Counted from the first letter of the stretch, positions 9,054 to 20,394 are shown. The stretch is DNA of 64,000 nucleotides from an uncultured Collinsella sp. (GCA_900541205.1 UQIV01000001.1:97593-161592); one strand, 5' to 3'. The notes: generated from the sequence alone by a model not told the origin. Program-made: numbers and translations.

Positions 9054-10532
9054 ATGACTGAGACCGCTAAGAAAAAGCGCGGTATGCCTTCATCGTTCAC
9101 CATTCTTCTAGCTCTGCTGGCAATTGTTGCAGTGATTACCGTTATCGTCTCCGGCACGTCCGGCGGCGCGGTTACTGCAGCCCGCCTGAGCGATTTCTGC
9201 ACCGCCCCGATCCTGGGCTTCGCTGACGCTCTGCCCGTCTGCCTCTTCGTTATGATCCTGGGCGGCTTCCTCGGTATGATGACCGAGACCGGCGCTCTGG
9301 ACAACGGCATCGCCGTTCTGGTGCAGAAGCTTAAGGGCAACGAGATCATGCTCGTTCCTGTCCTTATGCTCATCTTCTCCCTCGGTGGTACCACCTATGG
9401 TATGTGCGAGGAGACCGTTCCCTTCTACGCCCTGCTCGCCGCTACCATGATGGCCGCCGGCTTCGACCCCATGGTCGGCGCCGCTACCGTCCTGCTCGGC
9501 GCTGGCTGCGGCTGCCTGGGCTCCACGGTTAACCCGTTCGCCGTCGGCGCTGCCGTCGACGCTCTGACCGGCGTTGGCATTGAGGTCAACCAGTCCATCA
9601 TCATCGGCCTCGGTGCCGTCCTGTGGATTGTCACTACCGCTATGTCCATCGTCTTCGTGATGAACTATGCCAAGAAGGTCAAGGCTGACAAGGGCTCCAC
9701 CATCCTGTCGATGCAGGAGCTCAAGGACGCCGAAGAGGCTCACGGCAAGGCTGCTTCCGAGGTCCACAAGGAGGTCAAGCTCACCGGTCGTCAGAAGGGT
9801 GTTCTGATCGCCTTCGCCTTCACCTTCGTCGTCATGATCGTCGGCTTCATTCCGCTGGCCGACCTCAACGAGGGCGTCGCCAACTTCTTCGACGCTGGCG
9901 CTGTCTACGACGCCGACGGTAACGCCGTCGTCCAGGGCTGGTCTGCCCTGATCACCGGCCTGCCCATTGGCCAGTGGTACTTCGACGAGGCTTCCACCTG
10001 GTTCTTCCTCATGGCCGTCCTGATCGGTATCATCGGTGGCCTGTCCGAGAAGCAGATCGTTAACACCTTCATCACCGGCGCTGCCGACATGATGTCCGTT
10101 GTTCTCGTCATCGCCCTCGCCCGTGGTATCTCCGTCCTCATGGCTAACACCGGCCTCGACGTCTTCGTCCTCGACGCTGCCGCCAATGCCCTGGCTGGCC
10201 TGTCCGGCGTGATCTTCGCTCCCATGAGCTTCCTGGTCTACTTCGGCCTGTCCTTCCTGATCCCCTCGACCTCTGGTATGGCTACCGTCTCCATGCCCAT
10301 CATGGGACCGCTGGCTGTTAAGCTCGGCTTCTCGCCCGAGGTCATGGTCATGATCTTCTCCGCTGCTATCGGTGTCGTGAACCTGTTCACCCCGACCTCC
10401 GGTGCCATCATGGGCGGTCTCGCCCTGGCCAAGATCGAGTGGACGACCTGGCTCAAGTTTGCCCTTAAGCTCATCGTCGCGCTCTCCGTTGTCTGCGCCA
10501 TCATCCTGACCGTCGCCTGCGTGTTGCTCTAA
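9054..10532 (+). CDS. YfcC/DcuC-family membrane transporter, putative arginine/ornithine antiporter of the ADI locus
   Basis: About 490 aa, multi-pass hydrophobic, positioned directly after arcB. The start at 9054 is preferred because the RBS GAAGGGGGG lies 8-9 nt upstream. The ORF track starts at 9027. Confidence 0.75.
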   Translation: MTETAKKKRGMPSSFTILLALLAIVAVITVIVSGTSGGAVTAARLSDFCTAPILGFADALPVCLFVMILGGFLGMMTETGALDNGIAVLVQKLKGNEIMLVPVLMLIFSLGGTTYGMCEETVPFYALLAATMMAAGFDPMVGAATVLLGAGCGCLGSTVNPFAVGAAVDALTGVGIEVNQSIIIGLGAVLWIVTTAMSIVFVMNYAKKVKADKGSTILSMQELKDAEEAHGKAASEVHKEVKLTGRQKGVLIAFAFTFVVMIVGFIPLADLNEGVANFFDAGAVYDADGNAVVQGWSALITGLPIGQWYFDEASTWFFLMAVLIGIIGGLSEKQIVNTFITGAADMMSVVLVIALARGISVLMANTGLDVFVLDAAANALAGLSGVIFAPMSFLVYFGLSFLIPSTSGMATVSMPIMGPLAVKLGFSPEVMVMIFSAAIGVVNLFTPTSGAIMGGLALAKIEWTTWLKFALKLIVALSVVCAIILTVACVLL

Positions 10533-10635
10533 GTACCCAACGGGTACCCCACGGAAACCTTGACGATCCTGTAAAGGATCATCTGGTCATCGTCTGTCCG
10601 GTGGGGTCAACCCACCGGTAGACTCCTACCTTTAG

Positions 10636-10700
10636 CCCCCTCCCGTTCCGTGCGCGGGAGGGGGCGCTCTTGTGTTCCGGCGTTTTACCAAACGCCGGAA
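10636..10700 (+). terminator. tandem hairpins after the transporter gene
   Basis: Stem CCCCCTCCCG/CGGGAGGGGG followed by CGCTCTTGTGTT, then TTCCGGCGTTTtaccAAACGCCGGAA with a perfect 11-bp stem. Confidence 0.5.
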
Positions 10701-11088
10701 CCACTCGACGCTGCGCGCCGCCCAGGACGACAATTTGTCATTCAAAAGACAAGGCATGACCAGAAGGTCTATGCCTTGCCTTTTTCATGCCAACTTATAC
10801 GTCCTGGACGTCGCTCGCTGACTTATGCTCAACCTGCGACGTTCCCCTTGTTGGTGCAGGGGGCAGCTTGCTCGCTCTGGCGGGCGCTCGTTGACTTTGG
10901 CTCTGCCTGTGACGTTTCCATTGTTGGTGCGGAGCGACTTGGTCATTGCTTCAAATTAGCTACCCCGGGTCCCCGGTGGTTGTGGTGGGCGTGTTTGGTT
11001 GGTGCCTGTTGATGGTCTGGGTATCGGGGAGGGCGGGCTCCGTTATAATCGCCTAGAACATTAATTGGAAACGGGACGGGAGCCATAC

Positions 11089-12570
11089 ATGCGCCAGGGT
11101 TTCGACAACGCGAAGTATATCGAGCTGCAGGCCGCTCATATTAAGGAGCGCATCTCGCAGTTTGGCGGCAAACTCTATTTGGAGTTTGGCGGCAAGCTGT
11201 TTGACGACTATCACGCGAGCCGCGTGCTGCCGGGTTTTGAACCGGATAGCAAGTTTCGCATGCTCAAGAGCATTGCCGATGACGTCGAGGTCATCATCGC
11301 CATTAACGCGAACCACATCGAGAAGAACAAGGCTCGCGGTGACCTGGGCATTACCTATGACGAGGACGTTTTGCGCCTGGTCGACCTGTTCCGCGGCAAC
11401 GGTTTTGCTGTCGCGGCCGTGGTCATCACCCAGTACGCCGGCCAGCCCGCCGCCGATGTGTTCCGCAATCGCCTGAACGCGCTCGGCATTCCCGCCAAGT
11501 TGCACTATCCCATCGAGGGCTATCCGCACGACGTCGACCTGATCGTGTCCGACGACGGCTATGGCAAGAACGAGTTTGTCGAGACCACTCGTCCGCTCGT
11601 CGTGGTCACCGCCCCCGGCCCCGGCTCGGGCAAGCTCGCCACCTGCCTGTCTCAGCTCTATCACGAGCACAAGCACGGCACCGCTGCCGGCTACGCCAAG
11701 TTCGAGACCTTCCCGGTCTGGAACCTTCCCCTCACGCATCCGGTCAACATCGCCTACGAGGCCGCCACGGCCGACCTTGACGATGCCAATATCATCGACT
11801 CCTTCCACTTGGAGGCCTATAACAAGACTACGGTCAACTACAACCGCGACGTCGAGGCCTTCCCGGTGGTCCGTGCCCTGATGGAAAAGATCCTGGGCAA
11901 GAGCCCCTACCAGAGCCCCACGGACATGGGCGTCAATATGGTCGGCTTTGCCATCACCGATGACGATGCCTGCCGCGACGCTTCCAAGATGGAGATTGTC
12001 CGCCGCTACTTTACCGCGGTCGAAAATGTGCGCCGTACCGGCGTGGGCGATGAACAGGTTGATCGTCTCAAGATCATTATGAAGAAGGCCGGTATCGACA
12101 AGAACTACTCGCCGGCGCGCTCGGCCGCCCTTACCAGGGAGCAGCTGACGGGTGGCCCCGTAGGCGCCATGGTCATGCCCGACGGCTCCGTGGTGACCGG
12201 CAAGACTTCCACGCGCCTGGGCGCCGCGAGCTCGCTCATCATGAATGCACTTAAGCATGTCTCGGGCGTTGACCTTGAGCTCGAGGTCATCAGCGATGAG
12301 GCGATCGAGCCTATCAGCAAGCTCAAGACGCATTTCCTGGGTAGCAAGAACCCGCGCCTGCACACCGACGAGACGCTTATGGCGCTCTCGATCACCTCGG
12401 CAACGAGCGAGACGGCGGCCCGCGTCCTTTCGGGCCTGGAGCAGCTGCGCGGGTGCGATGCCTTCTTTAGCGTGATCATCTCGCCGACGGACGAGACGGT
12501 GTTGCGCAAGCTGGGCATCAACGTGTGCTGCGAGCCCAAGTTTGAGCGCCGTGGTTTCTTCCACCGCTAA
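11089..12570 (+). CDS. UPF0371/DUF1846 family protein
   Basis: About 490 aa. Sequence and length (MRQGFDNAKYIELQAAHIKERISQFGGKLYLEFGGKLFDDYHASRVLPGFEPDSKF...) are typical of the UPF0371 family found in Gram-positives. Start chosen at MRQGF. Confidence 0.65.
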   Translation: MRQGFDNAKYIELQAAHIKERISQFGGKLYLEFGGKLFDDYHASRVLPGFEPDSKFRMLKSIADDVEVIIAINANHIEKNKARGDLGITYDEDVLRLVDLFRGNGFAVAAVVITQYAGQPAADVFRNRLNALGIPAKLHYPIEGYPHDVDLIVSDDGYGKNEFVETTRPLVVVTAPGPGSGKLATCLSQLYHEHKHGTAAGYAKFETFPVWNLPLTHPVNIAYEAATADLDDANIIDSFHLEAYNKTTVNYNRDVEAFPVVRALMEKILGKSPYQSPTDMGVNMVGFAITDDDACRDASKMEIVRRYFTAVENVRRTGVGDEQVDRLKIIMKKAGIDKNYSPARSAALTREQLTGGPVGAMVMPDGSVVTGKTSTRLGAASSLIMNALKHVSGVDLELEVISDEAIEPISKLKTHFLGSKNPRLHTDETLMALSITSATSETAARVLSGLEQLRGCDAFFSVIISPTDETVLRKLGINVCCEPKFERRGFFHR

Positions 12571-12590
12571 GCCTGGATAAATTGGTCTGA

Positions 12591-12630
12591 AAGGGGCACA
12601 TCGGGTATGCATTCGGTGTGCCCCTTTTAT
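12591..12630 (+). terminator. rho-independent terminator after the UPF0371 gene
   Basis: GGGGCACA-16 nt loop-TGTGCCCC followed by TTTT. Confidence 0.75.
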
Positions 12631-12819
12631 CAACAAAGCTACCGTTTAACCTAAAAATAGCCCGCTTACCTGCCTATAAGCGATTTGGGCGGTATACAAT
12701 AACCCTAATTGTTTCATCCTTTTGCGGGGATGCCGCATGATGGATGTTGCCGGCCATCATGGGGTGTGCCGGTCGCGCACGGTGCAAGTGATGCCCGTGC
12801 TCGGTTTGAGGAGGCTGCC

Positions 12820-13158
12820 ATGGCTGGCAAGGGTCGTGCGAGTGTCAACGATATGAAGCGTGTCGAGGTGCAGGTGCTGATGGAGATCGCACGGCTGTCC
12901 GAAGACAACGGCGGATTTTATGGCTTTTCGCGCAAGACGCTTGCCGAGCGTGTGGGGGTGTCTCCGTATCGCGCCCGCGCGGCAATTGAGCGCTTGGAAT
13001 CCGAAGACATCATCGAGGTCGTCTCGCGCTACAGCGACGACGGCGGCCAGCTCGCAAATGGTATTTGTCTCACGGAGCGTGGCGAGTGGTATCTAGAGGG
13101 CATCCGTGCCGGTATGCTCGTGCAGGACTTGATCAAGGACGAAATTGCCGATCGATAA
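12820..13158 (+). CDS. small hypothetical protein with a probable winged-helix DNA-binding fold
   Basis: 112 aa starting at MAGKGRASVNDMKR. The RBS GAGGAGG lies 7 nt upstream. The internal segment LAERVGVSPYRARAAIERLESEDIIEVV looks HTH-like. No family assignment was possible from sequence alone. Confidence 0.4.
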   Translation: MAGKGRASVNDMKRVEVQVLMEIARLSEDNGGFYGFSRKTLAERVGVSPYRARAAIERLESEDIIEVVSRYSDDGGQLANGICLTERGEWYLEGIRAGMLVQDLIKDEIADR

Positions 13159-13330
13159 CAGCGCGCATTCATAGTGGAAACGACGCCGCCTGGGCAACCG
13201 GACGGCGTTTTGTTTCGAGATAGAGAAATGCGATTGCGCGTAAGAAAAATTGCGTGCGGCGCGCGTCGCGAGTATTACAATGAAGACCCGTAAGATGTGT
13301 ATGGACAACTTCTACGGGAAGCGCAGGTAA

Positions 13331-14998
<1,668 letters not shown>

Positions 14999-15000
14999 GG

Positions 15001-15942
15001 GTGCCGGAGAACCAAGAACATACCGAAGCTACTCCCTCGTCGCTCGCTGTGGTGGCGGGGGAGTATCTCGATTACCTTGCGGTCGAGCGGGGTTTGGCGC
15101 GCAATACGATTGCTGCCTACCGTCGTGACCTGACGACGTACTGCGCCTATCTGGAGCGGGCGGGCATTGTGTCTTTTGAAGAGGTGACCCGTCAGGTCGT
15201 GGAGGACTTTGTTGCCGATCGCCGCGACGGAGGCTATTCCGACGCCTCGGTGGAGCGCGCGCTTGCTGCCGTGAAGGGCCTGCATGCCTTTTTGGTGCGC
15301 GATGGGGCCGTGGCCCAAAACCCGACGGCGGCGTTGCGCCTGCCCAAAAAGGCAGATCGCCTGCCGGAATACCTTTCGGTGGAGGACGTCTCGGCACTGC
15401 TGGATCAAGACTTTCCCGAGGGCGAGATGGGACTGCGCGATCACGCCATCTTGGAAGTGCTTTACGGTTGCGGCTTGCGCGTGAGTGAGCTGGTTGGGCT
15501 CGATGTGGGCGATATCCATATCGATGACGGGTTTGTCCTGGTGCGCGGTAAGGGCTCCAAGGAGCGTCTGGCCCCGTTGGTGGGAAGCGCGGCGCGTGCC
15601 CTGACACACTATCTAGGTGACGGGCGCACTCTCCTGGCCGCCCATGCTCACGGGACGGAGACCTCGGCGGTCTTTTTAAATAAGAACGGACGTCGCCTGT
15701 CGCGTCAGGCCGTGCATGCGATATGCGAGCGGTATGGGCGCCAGGTGGGGCTGGTGGGGCTCCATCCCCATACCTTGCGCCACTCCTTTGCCACCCATAT
15801 GCTCGCGGGCGGTGCCGACCTGCGTGTGCTACAGGAGATTTTGGGCCATGCCGATATTTCGACCACGCAGGTCTACACGCATGTCGACCGCACGCAACTG
15901 ACCGAGGTCTATCTGGCGGCGCATCCGCTGGCACAGCGCTAG
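15001..15942 (+). CDS. xerD: tyrosine recombinase XerD/XerC
   Basis: N-terminal core-binding domain (LDYLAVERGLARNTIAAYRRDL) and C-terminal catalytic region with HTLRHSFATHMLAGGADLRVLQEILGHADISTTQVYTHV. 313 aa. Confidence 0.85.
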   Translation: MPENQEHTEATPSSLAVVAGEYLDYLAVERGLARNTIAAYRRDLTTYCAYLERAGIVSFEEVTRQVVEDFVADRRDGGYSDASVERALAAVKGLHAFLVRDGAVAQNPTAALRLPKKADRLPEYLSVEDVSALLDQDFPEGEMGLRDHAILEVLYGCGLRVSELVGLDVGDIHIDDGFVLVRGKGSKERLAPLVGSAARALTHYLGDGRTLLAAHAHGTETSAVFLNKNGRRLSRQAVHAICERYGRQVGLVGLHPHTLRHSFATHMLAGGADLRVLQEILGHADISTTQVYTHVDRTQLTEVYLAAHPLAQR

Positions 15943-15977
15943 CACCTCGCTGACCTGCATATTTATAAATATTAAAG

Positions 15978-16046
15978 GGGACGGGCCCCAGATTGCCGAG
16001 ACGCACTTTTGCGCGCATGGGCAATCTGGGGCCCGTCCCATTTTTC
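15978..16046 (+). terminator. very strong terminator after xerD
   Basis: Perfect 20-bp stem GGGACGGGCCCCAGATTGCC/GGCAATCTGGGGCCCGTCCC with a 22-nt loop, then ATTTTT. Confidence 0.8.
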
Positions 16047-16059
16047 GCCAGACATCGAC

Positions 16060-16330
16060 GCGGTGGTGGGCCGTGTGTGCCGTGGGTGGGGGAGTTTGGG
16101 GGCGATGTGAACGGCGTGTAAAGGGACGTAAAAATCACCTCAAGGTCAACTTGAAGGTTGAGGTTCACGGACGTGGTTCTACAGGTGGCATCCCGCCTCT
16201 GCTGCAAACACAACATATTGTGTTTTCGAACATATGCTCGGGGGTGTTTTACAACATATTGGGAGTGGAGTGGTGGGGCGGGGTGGGGGAAGGGGTGGGG
16301 AAAGGTGTTGAAAAATGGGGCGGTTCCCCA
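16060..16330 (+). promoter_or_regulatory. mra promoter region with GTGGG-rich direct repeats (MraZ-box-like) and palindromic motifs
   Basis: Many GTGG[GT] repeats lie at 16060-16100 and 16261-16310. There is an inverted repeat AACACAAcataTTGTGTT at 16207-16224, a direct repeat GTGTTTTnnAACATAT at 16220-16236 and 16244-16260, and CGAACATATGCTCG at 16227-16240, which is one mismatch from the Gram-positive LexA box GAAC-N4-GTTC. Confidence 0.4.
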
Positions 16331-16404
16331 TATTATTGATGACGTCGACAGGCGGGGTGGTTCCCCGCGTACGTGCCATCTGAGTAACCGAGGGGAGGGC
16401 GCAC

Positions 16405-16839
16405 ATGGGAATGACGGGTGCATACGAGCGCAATCTCGATGCAAAAGGTCGTCTATCCCTGCCTGCACCCCTTCGCGAGGAGCTTGGAGAGCACGTTCGC
16501 GTGTTCAAAGCCCTGGATGTCGATGCTCTGTACGTGTTCTCTGCCGAGGCCTTCGATAAGTGGGTCGAAGGACTCTTCGCGGGTCGTGAGGGCCACGAGG
16601 GTTTTAACCCGCGTGACATCAACGACCAGAAGCTCATGAGGGCGATCAACAAGCGCACCACGTCGATGGATGTGGACAGCGCGGGTCGTATCGGTCTTTC
16701 TGAGTCTCTCCGCAAGCAGGCGAACCTCGACCGCGAGGTCACGGTTGTGGGCAACTACGACCACCTTGAGGTTTGGGACCGCGCTACGGCCGATGAGGAC
16801 GATGACGACGAGGCCCTGCTGGACCTCTTCTTCTCGTAA
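16405..16839 (+). CDS. mraZ: transcriptional regulator MraZ
   Basis: Tandem MraZ domains: ...YERNLDAKGRLSLPAPLREEL... and ...TTSMDVDSAGRIGLSESLRKQANL... 144 aa. Confidence 0.9.
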   Translation: MGMTGAYERNLDAKGRLSLPAPLREELGEHVRVFKALDVDALYVFSAEAFDKWVEGLFAGREGHEGFNPRDINDQKLMRAINKRTTSMDVDSAGRIGLSESLRKQANLDREVTVVGNYDHLEVWDRATADEDDDDEALLDLFFS

Positions 16840-16859
16840 GGGCAAGGCACGAGTAACGG

Positions 16860-17825
16860 ATGGAGCGTGGGATCTTGACACAAGAATATCGGCATGAACC
16901 TGTCATGCTCGGCGAAGTGCTTGAGTCGCTGCAGCTAAAGAGCGGCTCCGTCGTCTGCGACTGCACCCTTGGCGGTGCCGGCCATTCGGTAAAGATGGCC
17001 GCGCAGGTGGGGGAGACCGGCCTTTTGCTCGGCGTCGATCAGGACGACATGGCCCTCGAGGCCGCTGGCGCCCGTCTGGACCGCGAGGTTCCCGGCGTAC
17101 CGCACCAGCTGCTGAAGGGCAACTTCGGCGACTTGGACGAGCTGCTTTGCTCGGCCGAGGTGCCCGGGGTCGATGGCTTCCTGTTCGACTTGGGCGTTTC
17201 GTCGCCGCAACTCGATATCCCTGGCAGGGGCTTTTCGTACAACGAGGACGCCCCATTGGACATGCGGATGGATCCGGGTAACAACACCTTAAACGCAGCT
17301 GAGGTCATCAACACCTATAACGAACACGACCTCGCCCGGATTCTACGCGTCTACGGCGAAGAGAAGTTCGCCTCGCAGATCGCGCGCGAGATCGTGCGCC
17401 GCCGCGAGCATGAGCCGATCGAAACCACCGGCCAGTTTGTCGAGATCATCAAGGCTGGTATCCCCGCTGCCGCTCGTCGGCATGGCGGACACCCAGCCAA
17501 GAAGAGTTTCCAGGCCATTCGCATCGAGGTCAATCACGAACTCGATGTGCTCGAGCGAGGGCTTGACGCCGCCACAAGGTGGCTCAACCCGGGCGGACGC
17601 ATCTGCGTCATCTCGTATCACTCGCTCGAGGACCGTATCGTAAAGAACCACTTTAAGGAGATGAGCCAGGGGTGCACGTGTCCGCCGGAGATTCCGGTGT
17701 GCGTGTGCGGCAACGTGCCGATACTCAAGGTCATCACCCGCAAACCCCTGGTTGCCCAACCCGATGAGGTTGCGCGCAACCCTCGGGCGAGATCAGCCAA
17801 GATCCGCGTGGCGCAGCGTCTGTAG
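16860..17825 (+). CDS. rsmH: 16S rRNA (cytosine1402-N4)-methyltransferase
   Basis: PVMLGEVLESL...VCDCTLGGAGHS SAM-binding motif and DLGVSSPQLD motif. 321 aa. Confidence 0.9.
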   Translation: MERGILTQEYRHEPVMLGEVLESLQLKSGSVVCDCTLGGAGHSVKMAAQVGETGLLLGVDQDDMALEAAGARLDREVPGVPHQLLKGNFGDLDELLCSAEVPGVDGFLFDLGVSSPQLDIPGRGFSYNEDAPLDMRMDPGNNTLNAAEVINTYNEHDLARILRVYGEEKFASQIAREIVRRREHEPIETTGQFVEIIKAGIPAAARRHGGHPAKKSFQAIRIEVNHELDVLERGLDAATRWLNPGGRICVISYHSLEDRIVKNHFKEMSQGCTCPPEIPVCVCGNVPILKVITRKPLVAQPDEVARNPRARSAKIRVAQRL

Positions 17826-17915
17826 ACGCGACCGCGCGATATTGGACCTCCCGCTCGCACCATAAACGAAGCTTAGACACACTACCAACGTACTCGGGAT
17901 GGGAGGCGGCATATC

Positions 17916-18386
17916 ATGGGCTACAACACCTCAAACGCAGCACTCGCCTATGATATGAACGCCATGCCCGCCTATCGTGAGGCACCGCAGGCCCCCGTTG
18001 CTCCCCGCGAGCAGCGCACGCCGCGCTTTGATGTCTACACGGGCGCGGGCCGTCAGGCAAACCAGGCGGTAAGCCCGGTTTTCATGAGCGTTCTTAAAAC
18101 GTTTTGCATCATTGCGGCCATCTTCATGACGATCGGTGTCGCCCGCGTGGCGCTCGCCGGCGTTACGGCCCAGGTGCTCAACAGCAACGCCGCGCTTACC
18201 AACACGCTCGAGAAGGCGACCGACGAGAGCTCTGACCTGGAGGTCATGCATTCGGTCTATGGTGCCGACACGCGCATTCGCGACCTTGCGGGCGCTTATG
18301 GCATGGTGGAGCCCAGCGAGAGCGTTACACTTGATTTTTCGCAGGATGCAGCCGCGGGCGCTAGCTCGACCGCGACCGCTCAGTAA
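17916..18386 (+). CDS. ftsL: cell division protein FtsL-like (septum formation initiator)
   Basis: 156 aa with a disordered N-terminus, a single TM segment (VLKTFCIIAAIFMTIGVARVALAGV) and a short periplasmic coiled region. It sits in the canonical rsmH-ftsL-ftsI order. Confidence 0.55.
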   Translation: MGYNTSNAALAYDMNAMPAYREAPQAPVAPREQRTPRFDVYTGAGRQANQAVSPVFMSVLKTFCIIAAIFMTIGVARVALAGVTAQVLNSNAALTNTLEKATDESSDLEVMHSVYGADTRIRDLAGAYGMVEPSESVTLDFSQDAAAGASSTATAQ

Positions 18387-18403
18387 CAAGACGGTAGCTG
18401 AGT

Positions 18404-20269
18404 ATGACAAATGACTATCGCCGCGGCTCCGACGGGGGTCGCGGTTCTGGACGTCCCTCATCGCGGGGACGTTCTGGTTATCAAGGAACGGGTCGGCCAT
18501 CTTACAACGCGAGGCCGTCCTATGGCAACGACCCTGCGTCGCGTCTCCGTGGCTCGAGTGGTCCTCAAATGCATAACACCAGACCGCGCAAGAGCTCGTC
18601 GACCGAATGGCTCACGGGCACGCCGCTGCCCCGTCGCAAAGCCGTCATGGGCTTCATCGGGCTTGGCTTGGGTTTGGGCGCCCTTCGCCTTGCCGACTAT
18701 CAAATCGTGGAAGCCGATAAGTTGCGCGACCGCGCCGATGCACGTCGCTTGCTTGCGCAGACGCTGTATGCCAAGCGCGGTACCATCTACGACCGTAACG
18801 GCAACGTGCTGACGTCGTCGGTCGAATGCCGCAACATCGCCGTGAATCCTCAGCTTATCGAGGACGTTGACAAGACGGTGTCGGCGCTGGTCAAAGCTAC
18901 GGGAATCGATAAAAAGACCTGTCGCGAGCTCGTTGAGTCGGATGGCACCTGGGTGTATATCAAACGTCAGGTGGACGAGGACGATGTCGCGGCGCTGGAG
19001 AAGAAGAACCTGCCTGGCGTGCTCTTTGAGCAGGCCATGAAGCGCGTGTACCCCTACGGCAACCTGGCATCGCAGGTGCTTGGCGTGGTAAACGTGGACA
19101 ACGACGGTCTGACGGGCCTCGAAAAACAGTACAACAAGCTTTTGACCGGAACGAACGGTTCGCTGGTGCGCGAGCGGGCGAGGGACGGTAGCTATATCGC
19201 GGGCGGCGCCTATAAGAAGGTTGCCGCGGTGGACGGCGTGGACATCGTGACGACGCTCGATGTCAATATCCAGCGTGCCGCCGAGGACGCCCTGGCCGAG
19301 GCGGTCGAAAAGACCAAGGCCAAGAATGGCTCGGCCCTGGTCACCGATCCCACGACGGGCGAGATTCTGGCGGCATGCTCGTATCCGACATATGACCAGA
19401 CCGATCTGGAAAATGCCAAGACCGAGGACATGAACTTGCGCCTGGTTACCGATGCCTACGAGCCCGGCTCGGTCTTTAAGACGCTCGTGGCAGGTGCCGG
19501 CTTCGACTTGGGTGCCGTGCGTTCGAGCACGTCGTTTGAGGTACCGGCGAGCATTAAGGTTGGCGACGACACCGTTACCGACGTCGATAAGCGCGACTAC
19601 ACCATGACCATGGACGTGCGCGAGATGATGCGCCGTTCGTCCAATGTGGGCTTTGTCCTGGTGGGACGCAAGATCGGTGCAGATGATTTTGCCACCTATG
19701 TGGACAAGTGGGGTATCGGTCATAGCTCCGGTGTCGATTTTCCGGGTGAGAGCCTGGGCATCGTCAAGGAGCGCGACCAGTACGACGGCGCCACGCTGGG
19801 CTCGATGAGCTTTGGCCAGGCGCTGTCCGTCTCGCCGATTGAGGTCGCACGTGCCGTGGGCGGCATCGCGAACGGCGGCGTGATGATGACTCCGCACTTC
19901 TATAAGTCCAGCAAGGGCGATGAGAAGGACTGGGGCGAAGGCGAGCGTGCGATTTCGGAGGACGCTGCCGCCCAGGTGACATCGTGCATGCAGACGGTCG
20001 TGTCCGAAGGCACGGGCGTTGGCGGTGCGGTCGATGGCTATGACGTGGCGGGCAAGACCGGTACGGCCGAGCGTGCTGACGAGAACGGCGGTTACCTCAA
20101 GGAGAACTACATGTCGTCCTTTATGGGCTTTGCGCCGGCACAATCGCCCAAGGTGCTGTGCTATATCACACTCGATGGAACGCCGAGCGGCTCGGATGCC
20201 GCCGCGGTGCCATTCCAGTCCATTATGGCCAACGCACTCGACGTGCTGGGTATCCCGCGCACGAAGTAG
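18404..20269 (+). CDS. ftsI: penicillin-binding protein (class B transpeptidase, FtsI-like)
   Basis: 621 aa with an N-terminal Gly/Arg-rich disordered region, a TM segment and a PBP dimerisation domain. The transpeptidase SVFK (SxxK), SSN and KTGT motifs are present. Confidence 0.85.
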   Translation: MTNDYRRGSDGGRGSGRPSSRGRSGYQGTGRPSYNARPSYGNDPASRLRGSSGPQMHNTRPRKSSSTEWLTGTPLPRRKAVMGFIGLGLGLGALRLADYQIVEADKLRDRADARRLLAQTLYAKRGTIYDRNGNVLTSSVECRNIAVNPQLIEDVDKTVSALVKATGIDKKTCRELVESDGTWVYIKRQVDEDDVAALEKKNLPGVLFEQAMKRVYPYGNLASQVLGVVNVDNDGLTGLEKQYNKLLTGTNGSLVRERARDGSYIAGGAYKKVAAVDGVDIVTTLDVNIQRAAEDALAEAVEKTKAKNGSALVTDPTTGEILAACSYPTYDQTDLENAKTEDMNLRLVTDAYEPGSVFKTLVAGAGFDLGAVRSSTSFEVPASIKVGDDTVTDVDKRDYTMTMDVREMMRRSSNVGFVLVGRKIGADDFATYVDKWGIGHSSGVDFPGESLGIVKERDQYDGATLGSMSFGQALSVSPIEVARAVGGIANGGVMMTPHFYKSSKGDEKDWGEGERAISEDAAAQVTSCMQTVVSEGTGVGGAVDGYDVAGKTGTAERADENGGYLKENYMSSFMGFAPAQSPKVLCYITLDGTPSGSDAAAVPFQSIMANALDVLGIPRTK

Positions 20270-20394
20270 GGGGTTACAATCTTGAGCGTGGTCTGCCGTT
20301 TGATCTGAAGGGTGTTCACATGCCCTGCACCACGCGCGCATGGCACTGGGATACAATACGCCGATAGCATTATTAGGTTTACAGGGGAGCTGCA

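Noticed and set aside
10650-11012. 120-aa ORF in the spacer between the arc transporter and the UPF0371 gene
   Set aside because: No RBS and an Arg/Pro/Cys-rich improbable composition. It spans hairpins and repeats, so I read it as non-coding DNA.
16227-16240. LexA (Cheo) box call for CGAACATATGCTCG
   Set aside because: Not rejected as a hypothesis, but not annotated as a LexA site. It has one mismatch in the conserved GTTC half, it is a single occurrence, and I cannot scan the recA or lexA promoters of this genome for the local consensus.
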